Positions 36,487 to 46,508 of a DNA stretch of 64,000 bases are shown piece by piece. The position numbers and the translations under genes are program-made. Below the pieces are notes generated by a model, which made no database searches, was not told where the DNA came from, and was given only the letters and a program-made list of their open reading frames with translations. The stretch is from a virus: the IMG/VR virus record IMGVR_UViG_3300028197_001024, positions 1 to 64,000 of that record, one strand, 5' to 3'. The first letter of the stretch is position 1; each line of letters begins with the position of its first letter.

Positions 36487-36963
36487 ATGAGCATCAAAAA
36501 GGTAAAGCCTACTTCTAAGTCCGGATTTAAGCAAGGGTATTATAATCCTATAAATCCTCAAAAGTATATAGGACCTCATCCTATCATATATAGAAGTAGT
36601 TGGGAAAGAAAATTTTGCCATTGGTGCGACCACAATGAAGATGTAATAAAATGGGCATCTGAACCTTTTTCTATAAAATATTTTAATATGCTAGATAAAA
36701 AGTTTCATAATTATTATCCTGATTTTTATATTAAAATGGATAAGGACGGAATAACAGAAGAATATGTAGTTGAAATAAAACCAAAGGCACAATTACAAAA
36801 ACCAAAGGCACCAAAAAGAAAAACAGCAAAGGCATTAAAAAACTTTCAACATGGTTATGAAACTTATGTTAGAAACCTTTGTAAAACTGAAGCATTAAAT
36901 AAAATGGCTAAACAAAGAAATTTTAAAGTAATGCTTTTAACAGAAGACTCAAAATTATTCTAA
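36487..36963 (+). CDS. gp4: Head completion nuclease (gp4-like, TnsA fold)
   Basis: P.NP.KY.G, IIYRSSWE, WASE, YYPDF, VEIKP, LTE. Confidence 0.88.
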   Translation: MSIKKVKPTSKSGFKQGYYNPINPQKYIGPHPIIYRSSWERKFCHWCDHNEDVIKWASEPFSIKYFNMLDKKFHNYYPDFYIKMDKDGITEEYVVEIKPKAQLQKPKAPKRKTAKALKNFQHGYETYVRNLCKTEALNKMAKQRNFKVMLLTEDSKLF

Positions 36964-37538
36964 TGGCAATAATAGGATCCTTTCAAGAAGATTTAGATAT
37001 TTACCTCGCAGATTATAAAGGGAGGTCTGGAGCATCCAAACAATCTGAAAAAGACCTCAGTGGTATTGGGAGTATCGCAAAAGGATTATTAGATAACGGT
37101 AAGATGTATTCTTTTGAATATTTTACTCCAGACGAAACTTTCTATGATACTTATCCTTTAGTATTAGGTTTAGGCAAAAGTGACAATGATCATCAATTAG
37201 GTGTAAACATCCACTACATTCCTTATGATGCTAGAATACCTTTTCTTTCTGATGTTTTTAAATCATTTAAAAGTACGATCACTTCTGCAATAAATAAGGC
37301 ACCAGGTAATCCTATGGCTCAACCTAGGTTAAATGAATTTACATATGATAATTTAAAAAAATCACTAGGTAGAAAATATAATCTTACTTATGCAGTTAGA
37401 CAGTATAGATTAGATAGAATGAGAAAACCTAGAATGTTAGGTTATGAAGATTGGTATATAGGTGCTGTAAACAATCAAAATCATTTCTTTGGTGGAAATA
37501 TTAATGAAGCACAAGCATTATATTACAAGAATATATAA
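36963..37538 (+). CDS. DNA end protector (gp2-like)
   Basis: GKMYSFEY, YDTYPLV, GVNIHYIP...R. Confidence 0.7.
   Translation: MAIIGSFQEDLDIYLADYKGRSGASKQSEKDLSGIGSIAKGLLDNGKMYSFEYFTPDETFYDTYPLVLGLGKSDNDHQLGVNIHYIPYDARIPFLSDVFKSFKSTITSAINKAPGNPMAQPRLNEFTYDNLKKSLGRKYNLTYAVRQYRLDRMRKPRMLGYEDWYIGAVNNQNHFFGGNINEAQALYYKNI
37529..37538 (+). promoter_or_regulatory. Putative late promoter
   Basis: GAATATATAA. Confidence 0.65.
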
Positions 37539-37558
37539 ACAATAAAAGATAAAACAAT

Positions 37559-39205
37559 ATGGCAGGTTTTACTGACAGAAGAGGACCCTTAAGTACAGGT
37601 AATCCAGTAAGGAAGATTTTAAAGGATCTTTCTAATTTAGGCATGGCTTATGATGATATGATCATTCGTAATTCACGTGCAGTAGGGTTTACTGAAAACC
37701 AAATGGGTTATACGTTTAATCCAATGGGCTCAGACGCTGATGATATGTATAGTGCATTTGCTGCTCTATCATTAACGGATACTACAATGAAAAAGAATAT
37801 CTCTATTTTTGATAGAGATTATGAAAGAAAGAGAGATGAGCTTAGACAATATGCGGTACAAGATGAGATAGAAGATATCCTAGATGTAATTACAGATGAA
37901 GCAATTGTATTTGATGAATCTAATTTTATGGCATACTCTGATTTTCATGGACATATTGCAAGTTCTATTGAAGATGAAATTGGTGATGTATATAATAACC
38001 TTTATAATTATTTTGGTTTTAACGATTCAGTTCAGCCTTGGAATTATTTTAGGAAATGGTTAGTAGACGGATTCCTTGCCTTTGAGATAGTATATAATGA
38101 TAAACAGACGGAGATTATAGGATTTAAGGAATTAGACCCTATTTCATTAATGCCTGGTATTGATACTGACACTGGAAAGAAGCAATGGGTACAATATAAA
38201 GGACAGGGTGCAAAAGAAAGAAAGTTATGGGATTCACAAATTATATACCTTTCATATTCTCAGGTTAATTCACCAATGAGAATATCTTATGTTGAAAGAT
38301 TAATAAGATCATTTAACCTTTTAAGAATTATGGAAACTACTAGAATTATCTGGGCTGTTTCTAATGCTTCATTTAAAACCCAATTTATTATACCGGTAGG
38401 TGGTAAATCTAAAACAAGAGCAAAACAATCTCTAGCTTCATTAATGAATTCGTATAGAGAGGTTGTTGATTTTAATCAAGAGAGTGGTGAAATTGTAACT
38501 AACGGTAAACCAATGATGCCATTCAATAAAGAATACTGGTTACCTTCTAAAGATGGCGAATCTCCAGAGATTAGTACAATTGGTGGTGATGGACCAGATC
38601 TTGGTGATACAGAATCTCTTAAGTATTTTGCAGATAGATTAAAATTAGCTTCTAAAATACCTTTTTCTAGGTTTGATAAAGAAGGTGGTAATACTTATGA
38701 TATGGATGCTAGTGGAATGCTAAGAGATGAAATTAAATTTTCTAAATTTGTTGATAGGTTAAGATCTATATTCCAGGAAGTACTTGTTAAACCTATGTAT
38801 CTTCAAATGTGTCTTAATCACCCTGAATTAAAAAATGATGTTTCTTTTAAATCTGGTTTAGGTCTTAATTTCGTTAAGGATAATGTTTTTGAAGAAATGA
38901 AAGAAATGGAATTACAAACAAAAAGAGTTGATTTTATTGGTAATCTAAAAACTCAATTAAGTACCATGACTGCTGAAATGGAGGAAATTCCATACTTCGA
39001 TTTAGGATTCTTGGTTAAGAGGTATGGTGGATTTACTCGTGAAGATTTAAAGGCTAATGCTAGAGCAAAAGAAAGGGCTGATTTAGAGAAGGAAAATTAT
39101 TCAGATGAAGATATTGAAAAGATCCTTTTAGGTGCTGATAAGGCAGATTTTAAACCTGAGAAGAAAGAGGGAGCAGCAGATGAAGATCCATTAGCAGACC
39201 TCTAA
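37559..39205 (+). CDS. gp20: Portal protein
   Basis: FRKWLVDG, N.LRIME, EYWLP, EISTIGG, KIPFSR, RDEIKFSKFVDRLR. Confidence 0.93.
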   Translation: MAGFTDRRGPLSTGNPVRKILKDLSNLGMAYDDMIIRNSRAVGFTENQMGYTFNPMGSDADDMYSAFAALSLTDTTMKKNISIFDRDYERKRDELRQYAVQDEIEDILDVITDEAIVFDESNFMAYSDFHGHIASSIEDEIGDVYNNLYNYFGFNDSVQPWNYFRKWLVDGFLAFEIVYNDKQTEIIGFKELDPISLMPGIDTDTGKKQWVQYKGQGAKERKLWDSQIIYLSYSQVNSPMRISYVERLIRSFNLLRIMETTRIIWAVSNASFKTQFIIPVGGKSKTRAKQSLASLMNSYREVVDFNQESGEIVTNGKPMMPFNKEYWLPSKDGESPEISTIGGDGPDLGDTESLKYFADRLKLASKIPFSRFDKEGGNTYDMDASGMLRDEIKFSKFVDRLRSIFQEVLVKPMYLQMCLNHPELKNDVSFKSGLGLNFVKDNVFEEMKEMELQTKRVDFIGNLKTQLSTMTAEMEEIPYFDLGFLVKRYGGFTREDLKANARAKERADLEKENYSDEDIEKILLGADKADFKPEKKEGAADEDPLADL

Positions 39206-39253
39206 TAAAAACTTTACAGAACTTATAATATATAAATCAAATAACTAGAGAAA

Positions 39254-41059
39254 ATGTCAGGAAAAAAATTATTAATTCTTGAAAGACAGAAATCAAATTT
39301 AGATATAACCACCGGTGAAGACGGTTCAGTTGTATTAGAAGGTGTATTTACTGAGTTTGATGTCAAGAACAAGAATAACCGAATTTATGAGGAGAAAGAA
39401 GTAATGCCTCACATTAATGAATTACAGGAAAAGGTTAAGACCAATAAGCTTTTAGGAGAATTAGACCATCCTAAGGATTTTGATGTTAGTTTGGCTAACG
39501 TCTCTCATGTTGTAGAATCTTTAGATTATGATAAAGATAAAAAACAAGTTATTGGTAAAATAAGATTATTAAATACTTCTAAAGGTAAAGAAGCGCAAGC
39601 TCTTATTAAAGATGGTATTCCTTTACATATTTCAAGTAGAGCTGCTGGTACAGTAGATGAAAATGGTAAAGTTAAAATTAAAAAGTTTTTTACTTATGAC
39701 TTGGTCGCAGATCCTGGTTTTGAAAATGCTGAACTGTCTAGAGTAAATGAATCTTTTGGCCTAAGCAATGACGATGGCATATTAATTTACGAAATGGAAG
39801 AAACTGAAAATAACAACAATAATAAAAAAGATCTAACAATGGAAAATAAAAACTATGTATCCGTCGAAGATTTTCAAAAGTATACTGAATATGTATCTGG
39901 AGTTCTAAGTAATGTTAAAGAATCTACTAATTCTAATAATGATGAGGTAATGGAAAAACTTATTAAGTACACTGAGCATATTGCAGATAAAGTAAATCAG
40001 GTTACTGATTATGCTGAGTACTTATCAGAAAACTTAGACAAAAATATTTCTTACTCTGACTACTTAGCAGAGAATGTAAATTCAATTAAAGATTATGCTA
40101 CATATTTAGCTGAAGAGCTTGATGGTAGTATTCAATACGCAGAGCATGTTGCTGAGATGGCTGACAAAGGAATTCAATATTCTAACTATGTTGCTGAAAA
40201 CGTAGAAAAGAGTATTGATTATTCAGAATATGTTGCTGAAAAGGTTGATCAGAATATTGCTTATTCTGAATATCTTGGAGAAAATGTAGATAAGAGTATT
40301 AAGTATTCTGAATACATTGCTGAAAACATTAATACACCAAAGGCTGATTCAATTAACGAAGGTACTGTTAATGAATACGGTAAAATGGAAGGTGCAACTC
40401 CAACAATGGAAGAAGTTTCAAAATGTATGGGAGAAGGTATGACTTACGAACAAGTTTGTGAAAAGTATCCTGACGCAGATAAAGCAAAATTAAAAGAAAT
40501 GTGTGAATCATGTGGTAAAACTCATGAGACTGTAGATTATAAAAATTCTATTGAAGAAAAATTAGAAAAGTTAATTGCAGCTGCTGAAGTTAAGAATGTA
40601 TCTGAAATGCACTTTATGAATTTCTTAGGAGAATCTAAAAAGAATGAATTTAATTCTTTATCTACAGAGAAGCAAGCTATGATTGTAGAATCAATGAATT
40701 CTAAACCAATTATGTCAACTATACAAGCTGAAAATATTTGGGAATCTAATTTTATTGAAAAGAAAAATGAATTAGATGTAGTTACTGATATGCCAGAAAA
40801 ATTTAAAGAAAAGTGGAATAACCTTTCTGAGGCAAGACAAGGTCAAATTATTTCAGAATCAAGGTTTCACCCAGTTGGCAATCAATATGGAATTAATAAT
40901 TTCTGGGCAACGAGAGATTTAAGAAGTTCTCAAATAGTAACAGAATCTATTAATGAAAGTAAAACTGCTGCTGAGTCTGCAAACAAAAAAGAACCATTAG
41001 TAAATGAATCTTTTGCAACTGACTTAGTAAACAAAATGAAATTCAGATTAAATAGATAA
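39254..41059 (+). CDS. Prohead protease fused to a scaffold/core domain (gp21 plus gp22-like)
   Basis: LEGVF, KNKNNRIY, GELDHP, ISSRAAG, YDLVADPGF, then an acidic coiled coil. Confidence 0.88.
   Translation: MSGKKLLILERQKSNLDITTGEDGSVVLEGVFTEFDVKNKNNRIYEEKEVMPHINELQEKVKTNKLLGELDHPKDFDVSLANVSHVVESLDYDKDKKQVIGKIRLLNTSKGKEAQALIKDGIPLHISSRAAGTVDENGKVKIKKFFTYDLVADPGFENAELSRVNESFGLSNDDGILIYEMEETENNNNNKKDLTMENKNYVSVEDFQKYTEYVSGVLSNVKESTNSNNDEVMEKLIKYTEHIADKVNQVTDYAEYLSENLDKNISYSDYLAENVNSIKDYATYLAEELDGSIQYAEHVAEMADKGIQYSNYVAENVEKSIDYSEYVAEKVDQNIAYSEYLGENVDKSIKYSEYIAENINTPKADSINEGTVNEYGKMEGATPTMEEVSKCMGEGMTYEQVCEKYPDADKAKLKEMCESCGKTHETVDYKNSIEEKLEKLIAAAEVKNVSEMHFMNFLGESKKNEFNSLSTEKQAMIVESMNSKPIMSTIQAENIWESNFIEKKNELDVVTDMPEKFKEKWNNLSEARQGQIISESRFHPVGNQYGINNFWATRDLRSSQIVTESINESKTAAESANKKEPLVNESFATDLVNKMKFRLNR
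39968..40330 (+). repeat. About nine 14-aa repeats in the scaffold domain
   Basis: Y(S/A/T)(E/D/N/T)(Y/H)(L/V/I)xE repeats with 14-residue periodicity. Confidence 0.85.
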
Positions 41060-41078
41060 TCATTTAATCTAAAAGATA

Positions 41079-41139
41079 TTAATCGAATGGTCAAGAAGAA
41101 AAGGACCGAGGCGATTAAAAACCGGAATTGAAAAATTCC
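41079..41139 (+). promoter_or_regulatory. Structured leader of the major capsid gene
   Basis: TTAATCG/CGATTAA enclosing GGTC/GACC, followed by GGAATT-GAAA-AATTCC. Confidence 0.6.
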
Positions 41140-41163
41140 AAAATGCGAAAATAAAATTTAAAA

Positions 41164-42939
41164 ATGTACGCAAATCAATTAATCAATGAGGCCGAGGTTC
41201 AAAAGACTTGGGGCCCAATCATTGAGGAGGCTACTGGAATTACTGAAAAGTCTAAGTTATCTTGGATGTCTAAGTACTGCCATTACCATAACCTTAATGA
41301 AAGTGTATATAATACTGTACACTTAAATCCAAACATGAATGTTCAAGGTATGAACGCTACGTCTTTTCCTAGTGATCCTACTACAATGAACAACTTCAAC
41401 AACGGTATGACTCCAGGTTCTGGAGATAGACCATTTTCTTTGTTACCACTTGCTATGCAAGTTGCTGCTCAGACTGTAGGTTTAGACTTAGTACCAGTTG
41501 TACCAATGCAAGGTCCTATGGGAGTATTAACTTACCTAGACTTCGTATATGGTGGAGGTAGAATACAAGATGCAGGTGGTAAAGCTACTGATTCTGCACC
41601 TTTATTAATTAAATGTGGAATTACTGCCGTAGGTGGTGCTGCTTTAGCACTTGCTGTCGATGATGTAATTTTTGCTCAAGCTGCTGTAACTGCTGCTGCT
41701 GGAACTTCTGTTGCTCCTTATGAATTAACTTTTGTTGGTTTATCAAGAATCGATGGAAAGTCAATCTTCAGAGTAAGAGGTAACGATAACGCTGCTGCGG
41801 TATTCGCTAACACTCCTGCTCCTTACCAACAAGGTGAAGTAGGATATGAGCCAATTTATACTTCTATTGCTGATAATGTAGATTTCTATAATCTTTCTTC
41901 TTGTTTAGCTGCTGATGTAGCTGGAGAATGGGATGGTGCTGCTGAATTAGTAAAAGCTTTAGAAGACCATATTTCTGGTTTCTCAGGTAATGCTTTTGAA
42001 TCATCTAACGTTGCTAACGCTGCTCCTAGCTTTACTGCTGAGAGTATTGACGGAACTGATCCATACCAAAGAGGTGTTGGGGAATCAACTCCAGATAACA
42101 TTATGGGACTAAGCTTATTCAATAAGTCTATTGCTGCAAAAACTTTCCAAGTTGCTGCCGCTGTAACTAGAGAACAAGTTCAGGATCTTAAGCAATTCGG
42201 AATTGATGCTGTTGCTCAAGTAGAAGCTGTATTGGTAAATGAGTTAACTCAATCTATCAACAAATACATCTTGGACAGAATCTTCAGAAATGGAGCTACT
42301 AACGCTGCTAACACGTTTGCTGTTGATACTTTAAACCTATCTGCTAATTTCCAAACTGCTGCTGGTGGTGGTGCCGCTGTTAACATTGACTTAGGACCAG
42401 GTTCTGGATCTAACGCTGCAGTGCAAATAGCTACAGCTGTAACTGTTATTGGAACAGGTGGAGAAACACAAGGATCATTACAACGTAGGTTGTATACTAA
42501 GATTCTTGCTGCATCTAATCTAATTGCTACAAGAGGAAGAAGAGGACCTGCTACGTTCGCAGTAACTTCTGGAGAAATTGCTACGGCACTTCAGGATGTT
42601 GCAGGATTTATTGCATATCCTTTATCTAACACAATCAACCAAGCTGGTGGATCTTTATATCCAATTGGCGCGTTGGCTGGTGTAACTATTTATGTTGATC
42701 CAAACATGGCTTGGACTGACTATAGAGTTGCTGTAGGTAGAAAAGGTGATGGTAATTCTCCTGGTTTAGTATTCATGCCTTACTTAATGGCTGAATCTGT
42801 TGAAACAATCGCAGAAGGAACTATGGCTCCTAAAATCGCGGTTAAATCTAGATTCGCTTTAGTAGACGCTGGATTCCACCCAGAAACTATGTATTACACA
42901 ATTGGATTCAGCTTCGGTGCTGGAGTTAATATCCTGTAA
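41164..42939 (+). CDS. gp23: Major capsid protein
   Basis: DLVPVVPMQGP.G, EQVQDLK, NELTQSIN, RRGPATF, MPY, PKIAVKSRF. Confidence 0.92.
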   Translation: MYANQLINEAEVQKTWGPIIEEATGITEKSKLSWMSKYCHYHNLNESVYNTVHLNPNMNVQGMNATSFPSDPTTMNNFNNGMTPGSGDRPFSLLPLAMQVAAQTVGLDLVPVVPMQGPMGVLTYLDFVYGGGRIQDAGGKATDSAPLLIKCGITAVGGAALALAVDDVIFAQAAVTAAAGTSVAPYELTFVGLSRIDGKSIFRVRGNDNAAAVFANTPAPYQQGEVGYEPIYTSIADNVDFYNLSSCLAADVAGEWDGAAELVKALEDHISGFSGNAFESSNVANAAPSFTAESIDGTDPYQRGVGESTPDNIMGLSLFNKSIAAKTFQVAAAVTREQVQDLKQFGIDAVAQVEAVLVNELTQSINKYILDRIFRNGATNAANTFAVDTLNLSANFQTAAGGGAAVNIDLGPGSGSNAAVQIATAVTVIGTGGETQGSLQRRLYTKILAASNLIATRGRRGPATFAVTSGEIATALQDVAGFIAYPLSNTINQAGGSLYPIGALAGVTIYVDPNMAWTDYRVAVGRKGDGNSPGLVFMPYLMAESVETIAEGTMAPKIAVKSRFALVDAGFHPETMYYTIGFSFGAGVNIL

Positions 42940-42965
42940 TTAACAATAGTTAATATTACTTTAAG

Positions 42966-42994
42966 AAAGGTTCGCTTAACGGCGGACCTTTTTT
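42966..42994 (+). terminator. Intrinsic terminator
   Basis: AAAGGTTCGC-ttaacg-GCGGACCTTTTTT. Confidence 0.88.
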
Positions 42995-43008
42995 GTCTTA
43001 TATAAGTT

Positions 43009-43018
43009 GAATATATAA
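43009..43018 (+). promoter_or_regulatory. Putative late promoter
   Basis: GAATATATAA. Confidence 0.65.
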
Positions 43019-43035
43019 AAAAATTAAATCTAACT

Positions 43036-44214
43036 ATGAAAAGAGTAAAATCATATAATGAGTTTATAGCAGAATCTAACACTAAGAATGTAGATGAAGG
43101 TATTACCGATATTAAAGGTATTATGAGTAATCCTATTAAATATAAGAAGATTAAAAATAATGCTAAGAAGTATCAACAGACTAAAGTTCAAGTAGCTTTA
43201 AATAATGTTGATTATGAAAAGAAGAAACAAGCATCCAAAGGAGAATTAGATAAAAAGACTAGTGATACATTAAAAGCTGCAAACGCTGCTAAGAATCAAG
43301 CTCTAAAAGATAAAGCATCTGCAATTAGCCAAAGAATGAAAGATCTGGCTACAACAGATCCACTTAAAGCAGTGGTAACTATTGCAACTACAAAATCAAA
43401 CCTAGCAGCAGCAGAAACCGCGCTGAAGGCAGCAGATGGTGAAGAATCAAAACAGCTTAAGATAAGAATTAAAAAATTAGCAGGTAAAGCAGCTGATGCT
43501 AAAAAAGATCTTCAAGATTATGAATCTGATAGTGGAGATAAAGAACAGGTTGAATTACCAGGTGAAAAGGAAAAGGCTGCTAAAGCAGAAAAGGAAAAGT
43601 TAGATAAAGAAAAAGCTGATAAGGCTAAAGAAGCGGCCGAGGCTGAGATTACTAAAGCTAAAACTGCATATGATGCTGTAAAAGATGGTGATGATGAAAA
43701 AGCCAAATTACAAGCAGAGATTAAATTTAAACAAGCTCAACAGAAAAAAGCTAAGTTAGATGCTAATGATGAATTATTTCAAGGACTAGGGGATGACATT
43801 GGAGAAATAATGAAAAAGGTAAAGGCACTTGATCCAGATGCTAATACTGAAACGGAGACTGAAACTGACACAAACGATGATACGGAAGTTGATGATAATA
43901 CTCCTGATGATCCAGGCGCAAAATTAGAAGCTGATATTAAAGCATTTAATGATAACATAGAAACTGAAAGAACTACAATGAATAAAGCTACTAAAGATTT
44001 AGAACAGGCTAAAAGAGATCTAAAAACTGGTAGAGGTTCTGATGAAAAAGTTCAAAAGTTACAAAAGGCAATTGAAGATAGTAAAGAAGATATTGCTGGA
44101 CTTAAGAGAAAGGAAGCAGATGCTAAAAAGAAATTAGCTGCATTACCAGAATCTTTTAATCCACTAGAAGAAACTGTTTCTGAAAAGTTTAGAAGGTTAA
44201 TGAATAATGTATAA
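43036..44214 (+). CDS. Lys/Ala/Glu-rich coiled-coil protein, probable internal head protein
   Basis: N-terminus MKRVKSYNEFIAE resembles the T4 capsid-targeting sequence. Confidence 0.6.
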   Translation: MKRVKSYNEFIAESNTKNVDEGITDIKGIMSNPIKYKKIKNNAKKYQQTKVQVALNNVDYEKKKQASKGELDKKTSDTLKAANAAKNQALKDKASAISQRMKDLATTDPLKAVVTIATTKSNLAAAETALKAADGEESKQLKIRIKKLAGKAADAKKDLQDYESDSGDKEQVELPGEKEKAAKAEKEKLDKEKADKAKEAAEAEITKAKTAYDAVKDGDDEKAKLQAEIKFKQAQQKKAKLDANDELFQGLGDDIGEIMKKVKALDPDANTETETETDTNDDTEVDDNTPDDPGAKLEADIKAFNDNIETERTTMNKATKDLEQAKRDLKTGRGSDEKVQKLQKAIEDSKEDIAGLKRKEADAKKKLAALPESFNPLEETVSEKFRRLMNNV

Positions 44215-44698
44215 AGTCCGTAAGATAAACTTTGGATGGTATAAAAGGAGGCATGGTATTCTATTAGAGAATCTGCCTCCTTTAAAGCAAAAACTTTTAT
44301 TAGAAAATAATCATATGAAATGGTTAGATTCTGATGTGAATGCTTTTGAGATTATATTTAAGGTTGAGGATATGAATGAACATGAAAAGAATCCTAACCG
44401 TATACTTTGGAATCCTTTTAGAGAAACTTTTACAAATATTAAAGAATTAGAAAAAGATTCGGATTTAGTAGATTGGAATTGTGGTATCTGTAAAGTTGAG
44501 ATAAAATCTAGAATGGATTCTAAAAAAGTTGAAAACTTTGTATGTAGTAAATGTTCAGAAGCTCATAACTCACGGAATAACAGAGTTGATCAAAGAATAA
44601 TAGATTCATCTGTTAGATTTTTGAAACACTGTAAATCTTTATTAAAAGGCGAACAGAGGGAGTTTATGACTTATGTCCGTAGGTCATCAAAAGGCTAA
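44207..44698 (+). CDS. Hypothetical protein with a zinc finger
   Basis: CGIC...CSKC. Confidence 0.65.
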   Translation: MYKVRKINFGWYKRRHGILLENLPPLKQKLLLENNHMKWLDSDVNAFEIIFKVEDMNEHEKNPNRILWNPFRETFTNIKELEKDSDLVDWNCGICKVEIKSRMDSKKVENFVCSKCSEAHNSRNNRVDQRIIDSSVRFLKHCKSLLKGEQREFMTYVRRSSKG

Positions 44699-45472
44699 TG
44701 ATTCTTCTATTGTTATTTTTCTAAACACGCCTAATTTACTTGTAGGGCATGCATTAAAAATTTGTATACCTTTCCCTTTAATATCTTTGCTAATAGCATC
44801 AAACGCAGGTAAAAATTGATTTTTATAAATATTATCTGCAGTTACCTTAGTAGGATAGCCTTCATGAAAATGACTTTCTTTATTATGTCTTCCCATATCA
44901 TATCCTAAAAGTATTATTCTTTTTGCACCAAGATGAATTGCTAAATTAATTGCAGCAGCTCCACTATTATTACCATGAGCTATAGAATCAGCTGACCATT
45001 CTATGCCAAGTTTTTTCCCTCTCTTTAATAATGTTACTTCGCATGGATAAGATCTTGGTGCTAGAGTAAATCTTTTGCCTTTAAATTTTATTATATCATT
45101 TTTAAGCCATGACCAAACTCTACCATCAGTCCAATAAACTGCATTGGCTTCTGGCCAAAATTGTATAGCTTTATTTAATGCAATAGTTTTTTTACCTCTA
45201 AGTTTATTCCACTCAAATCCTTTTAGTGATGGTCCACCACCAATAATATAAACAGTCTCACCTTTCCATAATGGAATTACTTTACTATAATGCTTATGAG
45301 CATTTTTAGGAATGTTATGCGATGACCGTCTTTCTACTTGTGTAGGGGAATTTACCTTTATGATATTATTCTTTCGTGTATTACCTCTAGATATTCTACT
45401 CTGTGAATTTGCAGATTGGCTAGCTGGCACAGTAACCTTAACAATCTTTCTTATTTTTCTCGTTCTTCTCAT
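44687..45472 (-). CDS. DUF115/MptE/Maf-like protein (possible CMP-sugar transferase) with a basic N-terminal tail
   Basis: YIIGGGPSL, IALN, NSGAAAINLAIHLGAKRIILLGYDM...HFH. Confidence 0.7.
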   Translation of the reverse strand: MRRTRKIRKIVKVTVPASQSANSQSRISRGNTRKNNIIKVNSPTQVERRSSHNIPKNAHKHYSKVIPLWKGETVYIIGGGPSLKGFEWNKLRGKKTIALNKAIQFWPEANAVYWTDGRVWSWLKNDIIKFKGKRFTLAPRSYPCEVTLLKRGKKLGIEWSADSIAHGNNSGAAAINLAIHLGAKRIILLGYDMGRHNKESHFHEGYPTKVTADNIYKNQFLPAFDAISKDIKGKGIQIFNACPTSKLGVFRKITIEESLAF

Positions 45473-45499
45473 TGGTGTATTTTTTTATTTATTTACATT

Positions 45500-45533
45500 A
45501 AAACAAATGCTATTTTTTCCATATAAAAATAAA
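45500..45533 (+). promoter_or_regulatory. Putative middle promoter
   Basis: AAAC-17 nt-TATAAAAATAAA. Confidence 0.7.
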
Positions 45534-45545
45534 TCTAACTCATAT

Positions 45546-46508
45546 ATGAAGAATATCCAAAACGTGCTATTAACAGAGAAGTACAGGCCGCAATCCTTAG
45601 ATGATTTAATTACACCACAGAGAGTTGGTGAAAAATTAAGCAAAGGGGTTTATCAACATTTATTACTACACGGTAGTCCAGGTACCGGCAAAACATCTGC
45701 TGCAAAGGCATTAGTAAAACATTTTAAGCATCCTTATTTATACATTAATGCGTCAACTGATACATCTGTTGATATTGTAAGAAATAGAATAACTGATTTT
45801 TGTGCTAATCGTTCTATAATGGATGAACCAGGAAAAATGAAGGTTATTATTCTTGATGAGATTGACGGTGTATCTGATCAATTCTTTAAAGCATTAAGAG
45901 CTACTATGGATCAATTTGCTGTAAATGCAAGATTCGTTGCAACATGTAATTATATTAATAAAGTACCAGATCCAATTCAGTCAAGATTTGAAATGATTGA
46001 TTTTGATTTTAGTAAAGAAGAAGAAACTGAAATAATGAAAAGTTACATTATGAGGATTTTTCAAATATGTAAAGAAGAAGGTATTGGGATTGATAAACAT
46101 GCAGCGGTTGAATTAGTAAAAAGAAAGTTTCCTGATTTAAGAAATATGTTAAATCAGTTACAGGGATTCAAATCACAAGGTGTAGAAACAATAACAGTTG
46201 AAAATATAAAACAATTTAGTTCAGTATATAAAGACATTTATGATTTGGTTATAGATGGAGAAGATCCTGTAAAAAATTATCAATATATGTTATCAAATTA
46301 TGCAAATAGATCTGATGATGTTTTATCTTCTTTAGGTGCTGAGTTTATCGAGTTTATAAAACAAGATAGGCAATCATATATTCAATTTATTCCGCAGATA
46401 ATTATAACTGTGGCAAAGTACCAAGCACAAAGACAACAAGTAATTGATCCTGCAGTATCAATGCTTGCTTGTATTTATGAACTGCAATCAATATTAAATG
46501 GAGTATGA
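45546..46508 (+). CDS. gp44: Clamp loader large subunit (RFC-like AAA+)
   Basis: EKYRP, GSPGTGKT, INAS, ILDEID, TCN, SRF, PDLR. The start was reassigned from 45312 to ATG 45546. Confidence 0.93.
   Translation: MKNIQNVLLTEKYRPQSLDDLITPQRVGEKLSKGVYQHLLLHGSPGTGKTSAAKALVKHFKHPYLYINASTDTSVDIVRNRITDFCANRSIMDEPGKMKVIILDEIDGVSDQFFKALRATMDQFAVNARFVATCNYINKVPDPIQSRFEMIDFDFSKEEETEIMKSYIMRIFQICKEEGIGIDKHAAVELVKRKFPDLRNMLNQLQGFKSQGVETITVENIKQFSSVYKDIYDLVIDGEDPVKNYQYMLSNYANRSDDVLSSLGAEFIEFIKQDRQSYIQFIPQIIITVAKYQAQRQQVIDPAVSMLACIYELQSILNGV

Noticed and set aside
36487-36963. TnsA-like protein as a Tn7 transposon component
   Set aside because: Its motifs and position beside the gp2-like and portal genes match T4 gp4, and no other Tns genes are present.
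45312-45545. N-terminal extension of the clamp loader; likewise the starts at 2244, 4951 and 24327
   Set aside because: These extensions overlap other genes or promoter motifs. Downstream ATGs with typical leaders fit better.
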